The notes under the pieces: generated by a model | What the model saw: the letters and a program-made list of their open reading frames with translations, nothing else | What the model was told of the DNA's origin: nothing | The model's database searches: none | Shown: piece by piece, positions 40,701 to 53,100 of the stretch | Layout: every line of letters begins with the position of its first letter | Position numbering within the stretch: position 1 is the stretch's first letter | IMG/VR virus record: IMGVR_UViG_3300030060_002841 | Location: 14,246-78,245 of that record | Strand: one strand, 5' to 3' | DNA from: a virus | Length of the DNA stretch: 64,000 nucleotides | Made by a program: the position numbers and the translations under genes

Positions 40701-41140
40701 TAAAAGGTAGAAAGGAAGAATTAAAGCAAGAATATAAAGAACAAATGCAAGCATTTATAAATGATCCATCTATTACTTATTACTTTAAAAGAGAAGTTGA
40801 TGGATCTCCATATAAAACATCTGAAATAGAATATTCTGATATTAAGATGTTAATTGATGTAGATGGTGTTTACCATGATACTTATGATAAAGCTGGTAAT
40901 TATAGTATAACTAGAAATAATTATGGACAATATGAAATTATTAGTAACCAGTTAAGGTTTGATAATCAAACTGGTACATTAGTTCCAGGTCCTACAATAA
41001 ATAAAGTATTAGATCCTAAGACTATGAATTTAGATATGGTTGTTCAAAACATGGATATTTATTTTGAAACTATACATAAACATAATTTAGCCAATGAAGT
41101 TAAATATAATAAAGCTAATGGTATAATACCTGAAGTATAA
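37721..41140 (+). CDS. Putative cargo/ejection protein
   Basis: 1139 aa, mostly helical; N-terminal FTPDYKFL...DLS motif; directly upstream of the RNAP polyprotein as in crAss-like phages. Confidence 0.55.
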   Translation: MATYLPGIKQYIPQLKTFTPDYKFLQDVLQKRQDRYTTNYNELNDLYGKVVYADLSRKDNQQVRDQYANQLTEKLEQVSGTDLSLQGNVDAAKALFRPFYEDKHIVKDILFTKTYQDQQRYAQSLMNSPDPKVRKKYWDYGMEGLQMDMEKFQNSKREETLNLANPTYVENVDLVNRGIEALKESDMSITKTTPVGNWLVTVKNGPNLTSQVVGYEEGPDGKPDKSKPITNSPAMDYLQQTLLEDPLVIRAYALKAKVDGNRFGKANADKFGSYDAAVKEWAKATLDKYKKQDEKLLTKVQADLVGATADNNSWERYKQKMGIVPGSKQEEQLLRKQYNKRLLNQTMNMKVKNHKELSQPSTNLQNYLNLAYKAQMMGELGGDMASAAIAYSNIDYEETFEANPFIVKQHEHLYRMKEKKYAHDLAMIKQADKYAREAILKDQEEQKAKNGDGVIFGENGVTYGEDDMSVELSQMNWFDQQMETKKGAYDKLNKMNVDFIKTMYDGSQSFSDIVRDGNPPGMITYNKAITDDFGNILRNEEVTGNFEQFAQDMMKFENKTELDRIYQHAYKLYNAVDEANDGTSVRANADRLLDPQFQKSANQQIRAIDAFKQRMNVADETLNSSVYQQYRLLTDAEDQTNQVGGNKGGYAGKFKEKGIGSRDSWHLFGRGEGVLQEAWGMHPIVLPDKMVDEMMNGMLYNDIKGNYKYDKYKDGKDLVMLSEDQYVQSFINSVAGQLDKVKTVSDNPDNYNLWGFKEQKSDLMSNTNPQFLDWDSQKSYGQRGQPTILGKFWDYDSKKGWSFDKEAADYYAREYYRQQKGWMSDRMTAANTGEGGMPTGNYYALLNGLPGGDTAGDATFRGNYGFSYDHKTNQSEASQLALQELNNMVRINNMTDDLYTFDIGKKGTDLPFGEPFKGDDDQGKNLGKWQKNGAKDIEFSQLVFDYMVQEMGRQNKTQGAPQVDITRRENVIDGGGEWGSYEMTLGRDFANNFIKGRKEELKQEYKEQMQAFINDPSITYYFKREVDGSPYKTSEIEYSDIKMLIDVDGVYHDTYDKAGNYSITRNNYGQYEIISNQLRFDNQTGTLVPGPTINKVLDPKTMNLDMVVQNMDIYFETIHKHNLANEVKYNKANGIIPEV

Positions 41141-41150
41141 AAACCTGAAC

Positions 41151-44100
41151 ATGGCAGAAGAAAATGTTAATATAAATAATGAAGAGTTAACAAATTCTAA
41201 TTTGGATTTAAAAGACTCTGATCCAGTTGTTAATCCGACTAGTACACAGGAGCCAATAAATCCATTATTGAATTTACCTAATGATGCTATTGTAAATAAT
41301 CAGCCTGTTATAAATTCTGCTGATTTACCTACTGCAACAAGAGAAGCAAAAGATTTTACACTACCTAATTTAGATGTTCCATCTACAACAGATTATGCAT
41401 ATCCGCAGCTTACTCAATCTTCTTTACAAGATGCTATAAGCGAGATGGAAACAGATGGTTATTTTCAAAATGCTTATGGTACAGGTCAAATAACTCCTGC
41501 AACACTACAAGCTATACAAGAAGTTGAAGCTCCTATAAATCAATATCTTTATTCAGATTATGCAAATACAAGTAGCCCTAGACCTAGTAGAGGTTATATA
41601 GATGATGATCCATATGGTCAAATGACTGGAGATTATGATTATGATTCTGATCTAGGTTTAGCTCAAGGTTTTGAAAATGCATTGTATCAAAGTATTTTAG
41701 ATACTCCAAAAGAAAAGGCTCCAGGTCTTAAACCTCCTGTTGTATTTGGGGCAAGAGCTTATAATCTAGATAGATATATGGCTCATCCTAAATTTAGTGA
41801 TTTAGGTTTTCATCCTTTTAGAGATAATGAAGAATATTATAATGATGGAAGAACTACTAGATTTCAAAATGGTAGAAGAACATTTAATGCATTTTGGGAT
41901 ATGTTTTTTACTTCTGCAGGTGGTAACTATAGATCTGCAAAAGACGTAGCTGGTGGAGACTTTTTAGGAAGTGACATGATAGGTGCTCAATCTATGGAAG
42001 ATGCTATGAGAATTGCTTCTTCTACAAGAGGTGGTTTAGGCGGTTGGATAAATGACTTTATGTTAAACTCAGCATATACATTTGGAACAATAGCAAGTAT
42101 AGTAGCAGAAGAAGCAGCATTAGCTGCAGCTTTATATGGAACTAAATCACCTGCTGTTGCTAAGACAGCTGCAGTTAGAACTGGTGTTAATCTTAGGAGA
42201 TTAATGAAAGCTTTACCTGCAATGTTTGATATGAGAAAAGCTGCTGCTGCATCACAAAAGATATTAAATCAAATGAAGAACATCAATCTAGCAAAAGATT
42301 GGCGTAAAGCAGCAATGCTAACTGGAACAGGTGCTATCAATGGCTTTAAAAGGGTTGGTGGTTTTTTAGCTCCACAAACATCATTGGCAATGAAGAGATG
42401 GGCTACTGCAGCAAATACTGGAGAAAATATTTCATCATTAGCTAAAGGTGCAGATCACGTTGCAGCATTTTATAGAGATCTTAGAATGATAAATCTTGCA
42501 CTTGCTGAAGGTAAGATGGAAGGTGGTATGGTAGAGATGAGAGTTAGAGAGGATTTATATAATGCATTTGAAGAGAAGTATGGTGTAGCACCTACAGAAG
42601 ATCAAATGAATTTTATAAATAATCAAGCTGTTACTGCTGCTGCAAATACTACATTATTTAATACTCCAGTTATATTTGCTTCTAATGCTATTGTATTAAG
42701 AAATATGTTTGGTGGCTTTAGACCATTGAATGAGTTATTAGAAGAAACAGCACAGGGTGCAGGTAGAAGAATATATAGAAATCCTAACTTTAAACCTGGT
42801 AAAAAAGTTTTAAACAAAGAGGGTAAAGAAATAGGAGAAGATGCTTGGTTTTATTCTGATAGCTTTTTTGGCCACATGAATCAACTGCGTAAGATGGGAT
42901 TCAAAAAGGGTTGGGGTAAACATTTAGGTGCTGCTGCATTAAGATATACAGGAGCAAACTGGATGGAAGGTTTTCAAGAAGTGTATCAAGAAGCTGTTGC
43001 TGCTGGTATGGAACAGTATTATGCAGGTATGTATGAAGATCCTATTGCAACTGGTTTAGATATAACAGCAGCTGGTATTTTAGAACCACAAATAGGTGGT
43101 AAAGCAGCAATAAGAGATGCTGCAATGAAAGGTATAAGTTCACAAATGAGTGGGCAAGGGGCTAGTGTTTTTATGTCTGGTTTTTTAATGGGGGGATTAT
43201 TGGGACCTACTACAAAGTTTTTATTTCAAGGTATACCTAATGGATTTAAATACATTACTGACCGTGATGCATATAAACAATATCAAGCTGATAAGAAACA
43301 ATATATACAAGATGTTGTAAAAACATTAAATGATATTTATGCTGATCCTGAGTTTTATACTAATCCTACAAAGTTAAATGCTATTATACAAAAGCAATTA
43401 AGCCATAGGATGGCAACTTCTACTATAGCAAATGATACTCAAGAGTTTCAAGATGCAAGACATCAATCAATGTATAATGATATATACACTGCTATTAGTT
43501 TAGGGAAGTTTAAAGATATGAAAGAATATTTTCAAGACTTTGCTAAAATGTCTGATGAAGATATTAAAGGTGCTTTTGCTGATTCTAAAAAATCTCCAGA
43601 GAAAATTAGACAAGGGTTTGAAAAAGGTATAAAAAAGTTAGAAGAGGTTAAAGAGCAGTATGATAAATTTGATGATAAATATAGAAATCCTTTTGATCCA
43701 AGTAAATATAAAAAGGGAACAAGAGTTTATCAAGAAGAAGTTATAAGACAAAACGCATATCATCAAGCTAAGATGCTTTTATTATTCCAAAAGGATGCTA
43801 TGAAAGATGCAACTACGAGAATGAATCAAATTCAAAATGAGTTGATATCTGGAAATGGAGCTCTTGCAAATGTTAAACATAATGATATTTTTGTTTTAAC
43901 AAGTAGGAAAAGAATGACATCTGAAATAGATAGACTTTCAAAGTTAATAGAGTTTACTAAGGCTGATACACCTGAATTAAAAGCACAAAAAGAAGGGTAT
44001 AAAAAAAGATTAAAACATTTAGAAGATATTTATAAAGTTTTATTTGATCCTAAAAATCAAGTTAGATCTGCAGGAGCAATGAAAGATTTTGTACTTCAAG

Positions 44101-47100
44101 ATGAAAATGGAAAACCTATATTAGGTGAAGATGGTAATCCTATAAAGATAAAAGATCCAAACTCTCCAACAGGATTTAGACAAGTACCAGAAAATCAAAG
44201 AGATTTTATATTAGGTGGATATAATAAGCGTCCTGCTTATATGGCAAAACTTAAAGTACCCGTATTATCCTATTTAAGATTTTTAGCTGAACAAAATAAT
44301 GAGACTTTAGAAAATGATAACATAGATGATACTTTAAAAAAGTTAGTTGACTATGGACACTTAGGAAGTAGAGTTGGAGATTATTATATGGCTACAGAGA
44401 TTTTATCTGATCCTAATACATTATTAATGACATCTTATAAGATTGCTGAAGTAATGAATAAGCAATATAATAGATATAAGAATTCTCACTATAGAAGAGT
44501 AAAGCAATTTGTAAGTACACAAGAAAGACATGAGTTTTTAAAAGATTTAGCTAGAATAGGTGTATATCCAGATCCAGAACAAGTAAAAAACTTTTTATCT
44601 AAAAAGCAAGAAGATCTTACTATAGATGATATTCCAGATATGTTCTATACTGAAGAGGGTTTAATTACAATGGAAGAAGATCCTGCAATGTTTGCAGAAG
44701 TAAGACAGATTGTTAAAAAGATGGAGCTAATTATAGAACCAGAACAAAAACCTAAAAAAGAAGATACACAGAAAGAAGAAACTGATCCTGAAAAACAAGT
44801 TGTTAATGTAAATCCAATCAATACTGAAACACCAGAAGAAGAAAAAGAGGTTAAAGAAACTCTTGTTAAGCTTGATGAATTTAAAAAAAATGATAAAGGA
44901 ACTAAAATAATTTTAGATAGAGAATGGGAAAAAGTAAGACAACAGAAGTTTAGAGAAACAGGAGAGTTTCCAACTGAAAGTGATAAGAAACAATGGTTAG
45001 CCGATGGTAGTAAACAAGGGGGTTTAAGATATTTAGATGCTAGATGGAGAGCATTTAAATTATATGAAAGCTCTCCTATGGAAGAGAAGCTTGGACCAGA
45101 TAAAAAATTATTAAGTTTTGATGAATGGTTAGAACAAAATATTAGAGACAATAGAATTGCTAGAGACATATCATCTAAATTAGGCTTAGGTGTTTATGAT
45201 ATACTTCCTAGAATAGTAACAGATCAAAAAACAAAATTAAACAACCTAGAAATAGATGGAGCTAAAATTATAAAAGCTTTTCCAAATCTTAATATGTATA
45301 TTGTTGAGGTTCCAGGTAGACTTAATGAAGATGGTCCTGATGCAATAAAGAACTACCAACTTGTAGATATAGATAATAACTTTATAACAAGAAAGTATTC
45401 TGCAATAAGAATGCAACATCCTGATTTAAACTGGCGTGCTTCTTATCCTAATGCTGCTGAAGCTATTTCTGCTGCAAAAGATATAGCAAAGGTATTACCT
45501 AGTTCTGAGGTTTTTAACTTTGATAATCAAGAATATAAGACTGGTGATATTGTTGTTGATACTAATGGCAACAGGTGGTATATAGCATCTAATATAGCAC
45601 AGGTTGATTCTGATGGTTATATTACTATAAAGGCAGTTGATTCAAAGAAAAGCAATAACAATAAGTTATTTAGTAAAATATTACCGGGAGATTGGGTAAA
45701 TAAAAAATGGAAAAAAGAAAATATAAAAGAGGATAGATGGGATTTTGATTTGATTGAAGGTAACATATCAAAGTTATCTAGAACAGAACCTTTAAACTTT
45801 TTTACTAATCCTAACTACAATAGGAAGATGCTTACAAAAAAGCAACTTCAAAAAATGTTAAATAAGCTATCAGCAAAAGATAAAGCTAAATTAAAAGTTC
45901 AAGTTAGTCTTAATCCTGCTTATGCTTCAGATAGTAAATTGAAGATAGAAGAGCGTGTTAATGCTTTTGCTAGATCAACAAACCAAACAGACATTAAAAC
46001 TAATAAGTTATTAAAAAAGGCTGAACCAAAATATATTATTAGAATGGTTATGCCTGATGGTAGCTTTATACAATTGCAAGGAATAGATACTAAATTTGTA
46101 GATCCTAATAATGAAAAGGTTGAAATCACTCCTTTATCAATGAGTAGAGATCAATACTTAAAATATTTTTATCCACCTAAACCAACAACTAATCAATCAT
46201 TAGATGAAGCATATTTAGATACATTAAGAAGTTACGCAGCAACACAATTAATATATCAAGCTTTAGGTGATGCAATGGCATTTCTTAAACCAACTGATTC
46301 ACAAATAACTTTAAATTTATTTGATAAAGAAAAGTTAGCTAAACAAGTTGAAAGTCAATATAGAGATCCAGAAGGTAATCTTAAGAAAGATCAGCTATCT
46401 TTAAATTTATTAAAAAGACTTAATAAAATTCAAGGTATACTACGTCCTGGTGGAATGGATTGGTATAAACCAAATGGTGAAAAGTATGAAACTCCTTTTG
46501 ATAAGCTTGAACAAAAGTATATAACTGAGATTAATGGAGAGGGTAAGTATTATATTATTGATAATAATAAAGGCACTGTAATACATAATTTTGATTTAAC
46601 TGTACCAGAAGAAAAAACTGCGCTTACTGAGTTTCAACAATCATTTCAAAAAAGTAAATATAAAAATGCTTTAGATAATTTAGGAAGGTATGTTCTTGTT
46701 ATTCAACAAGCTAATGGTATAATAAGTTTAGCTGAATTAAAAGCAAGTGAGCTTGTTTATGAGGATCAAGAATCTATATTAGCTGATCTTATAGCTTTAC
46801 AACAAAAGACAAATAAATCACAAAAAGAAGGTGGTAATATTAAATATGTAAAGGGTAAAAAGACTGCAGTAGATCCATCATTTAATTTTAGAGAAAATGA
46901 TAACTTAAATAGTAGATTTTATATTTCTGGAAAAAGTGGTGATATACTTAATATAAATGTAGGACCACTAGGAGGTATAATAGTAAAATATACAAGAGAT
47001 AAAGGTCTTGATACAGAAAGAACTGACATAGTTAGTATTACAGAAGAGCAATTAAAAGAAAGTAAGATAACTTATTTTTCAGACTTTTTAAGTCTTGTTA

Positions 47101-50100
47101 ATAGTAAATGGAGTGAGAAACAGCAGAAAAAACAAGAGCAAGACAAAGATTATAAACCATTACAATTAATAGATGAAAAAGGTTTAACCACAGATAAGTT
47201 TCGTACTGGTATACCAATGTATGCAGATGAAACTATAGTAGACAAAACAGTTGCTAAGATTTCTCCAGATTTAAGAAAACCTTCACTTGGTTTAAATTGG
47301 AGTGATATAGAAGGTTTAGATTTACTTATACAACAAGCACAAGAAATAAATGAACCTAATAATGTAGACCAATCTGATAATCAAAGACAAGAGGTAGAGC
47401 AAGATACAGTTCTTATTGATGCTGCATATGTTGATAAATATACAGACAAATGGCAGACAGTACCTAAACGAGATCTAGAACTACTAGCTGCAAAAGGTGG
47501 TGCAAATCCTGCAGATAATTTAACTGATTTAGAAAAAATTGTTTATGATAATACAGGAATAGCTCAAAAAATAAAAGATGGTGAAATTGTTATAACAGAG
47601 CAGTTTAACATTAACAATGATACTATAACGCAAACTGAAGGAGATGCTTTACAGATTGAAGATAAAATACAACGTAAGACATCTGAGATTAATAACTATA
47701 AAAGAAATAAATCTCAACAGATAGCAGATGATATACAAAAGAAAAGTACTTATACAGATGTAAATGGTACATCAATTAATCTTGATGGTATGGATCAAGC
47801 AAGTAAGTCTTTGTTGATGGTTAATGAGTTAAATGCATTTGAGCAAAGAGGTGATGCTACATTAAATAATTTACAAGCAGAGTTAAATGAATTAAAGAAA
47901 GAAGCTAAAAGAGTTGCAAAAGATGATCCACAATTTTCTGTTGTAGATCCTAAACAGTTAGATGAAAAACAAGTAGAAGATATAGATAAATTTATATCAT
48001 TTATAAAGAGAGTTTTTCCTCCTGGTGTAATAACTGTATCAGATATAAATGATTTAAAGGCTAGTTTAAAAAATAATGGAGTAACATTAGGAGCTTTTGT
48101 TATGTCATTAGAACAGTTAGCTGGTGGTATAAAACAGTATCAAGGAAAAATATATACATCTGAAACTTCTCCTGATAAGTATCATGAAGCTTTTCATGCA
48201 GTATTTAGATTGTTATTACCTGATGCACAAATAACAGAACTATTAAATATTGCAAGGAGAGATGTTAGAAAAGAACTTAGACAACAAGGTATAAGTTTGA
48301 AAGAAGCTTTAGCTAAGTTTCAATTAAAGTCTCCTATATATGCACAATTAAAAGGTAAAGAGTTAGAAGAAAGATTTTATGAAGAGTGGTTAGCTGATAA
48401 GTTTGAAGACTTTAAGATGAATCCTGGAGCTACTAAAGTACCTTCTGTAGCTAAAAGTTTTTTCCAAAAGATTATAGACTTTATAGTAGAGTTATTTACT
48501 AGAGCTGACAGAAATCAATTAGTAAATATATTTGAAGACATTGATGCTGGTAAGTTTAGCACTACTCCTGGTGTTAACAGTAATACTTTTACAAGAAGGT
48601 TGGATCAAAAATTAGCTAGAGGAGAAGGTGTTGCATTTGATCAGGGTGTTAGTGTATCAGATGATATAACTTTTAGTATACAATTAAAAACAGGAGAGGT
48701 AGCATTATATGAAAATTATTATGATGATCAAAAACAAGGATGGAAAAAAAGACTAGTTGATAAAGATGTTTATATGAATGCTGCTGATGTTAATACATTA
48801 ATCAATAACATAGGTGCTTTATATTTAGATAGATTTATGAGAGTTAAGGGTGAGTTTTTTCCACCTGCAATGATTAGAGCAACAGTTACAGATTATATAG
48901 AGATGTATAATCCTAGAAGAAAGTTTTATGCAGATGATCCTAATGTAGCAAACTATGTAGTAAAACTTAATACAAAGTATAATAGTTTATTGCAAAACCA
49001 GTCTGAGATAGAAGATGGTGTTACTAAGTATTTAGAGCTGTTTGATATGAAGATTAACATGGAAGATCTTGATATTAATGCTGATTATCAAAATGAATAT
49101 GATGATTTATTTGATCAAAATGGAATACCAAAAGAAGGTAATTGGGAAGCAGAACCCCAAGGTATTGGAGGTTTTAGATCTTTAAGTAAAGCATTGCGTA
49201 TATTTATTGCAACAACAACTTTACCTGATACAGATTCATTTCAAAATCCTAATGAGATACCAACTAATATTTACATAAATGATGATATGCAAGAAAGGCA
49301 TATGGTTAGTGTTAACTATGTAGATGCTTATAATGGGTTATTAAGAGCTGTTAAGAATTCTAAGAGTGAAATGGAGATGTTGCAAAAAATGGTAATGTTT
49401 AAAGATACTAGCACTCATGCTGCTGCTGTTATAGATAAGTTCTTTAGAAAGATGGGTATAGCTGATCCTCAAGCATTATTACAAGAAGAAGCTGATTTTC
49501 CAATAGCAGAAGTTGAGGCTACTGATCCAGTATTTTTTAACCAAGTAATAAAAGGATTAAATCAATATGTGGTAGACTATCTGTTTATAGAAAAGTCTGG
49601 TAAAGGAAGTGACACACAACAAGGTACAATAAGCATATATGAAGCTAATACTAAAGATGACGCTCATGAGCAAATTAAAAGATGGCAAAATGTTTATTTA
49701 ACTAAAGCTCAAAACTTAAGAGATCCTTTAAATTCAAAAGATAGAATTGAAGCTGCTACAGTTATTAATGAATTTAAAAGTTATTTAAGCACAACTAGAA
49801 AAGCTATTAATGATAATGATACCTACTCTAATGGAGAAGTATCAAAGATTGGTGTTGATACTATTTCAAAAAATTTATCATTAGATATATTTAAACATAC
49901 AGGTATAAAGCTTAGTGCTGGTTATATAAGATTTAGCATTATAAATAATATTAATGAAAACTTAATAAGAACAGGTTCAAATAAAAAATTATCTAACAAG
50001 CAAAGATTAATACTTGCTAGTAATGAAACGTCAGAGCCAATAACACTTGCAGATTTAGAAAACTTTGAAGGTTCTATAAGTAAAGGAGAAGATTTATTTG

Positions 50101-53100
50101 CTAGAATAAATAATGACACAGCAGACCAAATTACTGCTAAAGAAGATATACCTTTAAATAGAGCACAAAGAAAAGTGGTTAAACCAGAGAATGTAGGTAT
50201 TGAAGCAAGATTAAAGAAGTTTGCAAGAGGTAATGCTTTATTTGATGAAACTGTTGGAACTACAGTATTTAGAGATCCAGAAGGTAATCTTATATACTCT
50301 CACCAAATGCCAACCTTTCATTTAGAAAAAGTTGCAGAATTAAATAGTGAAGAAAAAATAAATGGGTTATTAGAAGATGGATACTTGAGCAAGAATGCGT
50401 TATTAAATGACCCTAGGTTTTTAGCTTTATCTAGATCTGGTAATCTTAGAGTACTTAGATTATCAGGATCAAAAGAATCAGCAGTAAAGAAAGATGAGGT
50501 TAGTGGTAAGTTTTATGGTTCAGGTAAAGGTGCTGGTGTAACATATGGTGACTCAACACCATCTGATTTTATTTCTTCTTTGATTAATTTATATCTGCAT
50601 GATTATAATCCTATAAATGGAAAGGTTTCTAAAAGAACTTATATAGATGAAAATAATGATGTTCAGGATTTTGTTACCGCACCTTCATTGTTAAGAGTAA
50701 TTGAGGCTGCTAATACAGGAGACTTTGTTGCATTACCAGTACGTAAGACTGTTGAGTATAATGCTTCTGATAAAACATCTAAGATTACAGATGAAACATT
50801 AGAATACTTTATAGAAGAGTTAAGAACATCTTATGACACTATAAGACAAAATGTTGCAGAGCTAAATAACCCAAGTGATGCAAGTAGAACTAGTACAGTA
50901 TATAACGGATATAATGATATTATTTCATTAGATGAAATCCAAGATTATGAATTAAAAGAAGATGGAACAAAAGATCTTACTAAGCCAATTGAAGATAAAC
51001 AAAGAGGTTTTAAATTAGGATCTGCTGGTAGATATATTATTGTAGACAAACAACTTGAAGATGGAAGTATAGAAAAAAATAGATTAGTTCACGATAAATT
51101 ACAAGACTTAGCTAGACAAGGTGACGTTTCATTTGACAATGCAATAAAACAAGTATTTAAAAACACTGATGTACTTAAAACTGCTATAGAGAGAAGATTA
51201 GAAGCTGATTTTACAGAGTTTAATGATATATTGTTTGATTTAGGTGTGTTAAATATAGCGGAAAAAGGAGGAGCTATAGAAGTGTCAATGATAAGTACTG
51301 GTTTTCAAAGTGGTTTAGTAGATGTTAATGGACAATCTACAGAAGATGTTAAAGCCTCAATGGTTGCTTTAAATCTTGAAAGCAATTTAAATCACAATTT
51401 AAAACAAGTATTTTTAAATGATCTTATAAATACAAGATCTATTAATCAAGTTTTATTAGGCAATCAAGCTATTAGTTTAAAAAATGCTATTGATGCTATT
51501 AAAAGAGCTAAAGGTCAAAATGGTGCAGGCCCTTCAGTTAAAAGTATAATAGGCTGGAAGAAGTATGGTATAAATGCATTTAGTGAGTTAGATGGATTCT
51601 TTCATGATGATCCTACACATTTATCAGAGTTTACAGTAGGCACAAAATTATTAGGTGAAGAAATAACAGAAGATACTATAAATCAAATTACAATGCAACC
51701 TGATAATGTAGCTAAAATACTTTCAGGAGAAAAAACTACTACATTAAGAAGAAAAAAATTTCCAAGTGGAGTGTATAATATTGGTGGACAATTATTTAGT
51801 TTATCTAATAGAGGAAACTTAACAGTAGAAGAAGCAGGTGGTGTAGAAGCTATAACTAAATCAGAAGCATTTGCAGAAACAGGTCCTAAATTTTCATCAA
51901 CAAAAAAATGGCTTAAAGGAGAAGGAAAACTATATGTGTATGATATTGCACCTGTTAGTAAAACTATTACTGAAGCTGGTCAAGAAATAGATCCTAATGA
52001 TACTCAAGACTCTATGGATGCCATGGTGCATATAACATTAAATGGCTTTAAGCATACTGAGTTTGGTATAGGACAATTAAATGAATCACAAGCAGATATG
52101 ATTCAAACAATGGAGGGTGAGGGTGCTGCTGTTAACTATAGAGGTGGTAGAGATTCAACTAATAATGAATGGTTTGGTGATCCAAACTTTAATACTAGAG
52201 GGCAGAAGGATAGGGATGCTGCAATTAATTCTAGAAAGTATGTATATTTTGATGGTAAGACAATGGGTAAAATGTCTGTTGTAACATTAATACCTTCTTA
52301 TACATCTTTAAGAAACCCTGATACTGGTGAATATGATAGACCAAGACCGGGTCATGAAAAGTTACATAACTTAAGAATAAAATTAGAAGCTCATGAAGCA
52401 AAGACTGGAAGAATAGCAATGTCATTTCCAAAGTCAGCTTCTAAGATGATGAATATGTTTTTAGCTAATGCTGAAACAGCTTTTGATAGTACACCAATAA
52501 CCTCAGAGAATGGTACACAAAATTGGAGACCTAGAGTTTTAGATGCGAGTATGTTAAGGCTACAACAGGTTACACCTTCAGGAAAAACTGTAGTTGTAGA
52601 TCCTAGACAAATAAAAATGCTCATAACCAGTGAGCAAAATTTAAATGCTGAGGTAACAATACCTTGGTTAAATGGAGGTAAGCCAACAAGAATAGGAGAT
52701 GTTATATCTGAATATGACAAACTAGTTGGTGGTAGAATGGCAAGAAAGTTTGCAGATAAAAGAAACTTATTATTTGAGTTTAAAGAAAAGTTTGGAAAGC
52801 AGACATATGCAAGCATGCTATTGCGTAAAGTAGAAAAATTAAAAGCTGAAGATATAAATGTTGATATGACAACATTCTTAAAGTATGCTGTTGCTGGTTT
52901 AGAAGCAGGTAAAACAAAAGATCAATTAACTGCATTCTTTAAGCCAGATGCTAATGGTAAGGCAAGAAATTTAAATAATCCGCTTACATTTAAACAGTTT
53001 CAAACATTATACTTTTCATATTGGAAAGATGTATTAGGTGAAAGACAACCCGGTGTATCTTTAACACTAAGATCATCTGTTGGAACTAAACAACTTAAAC

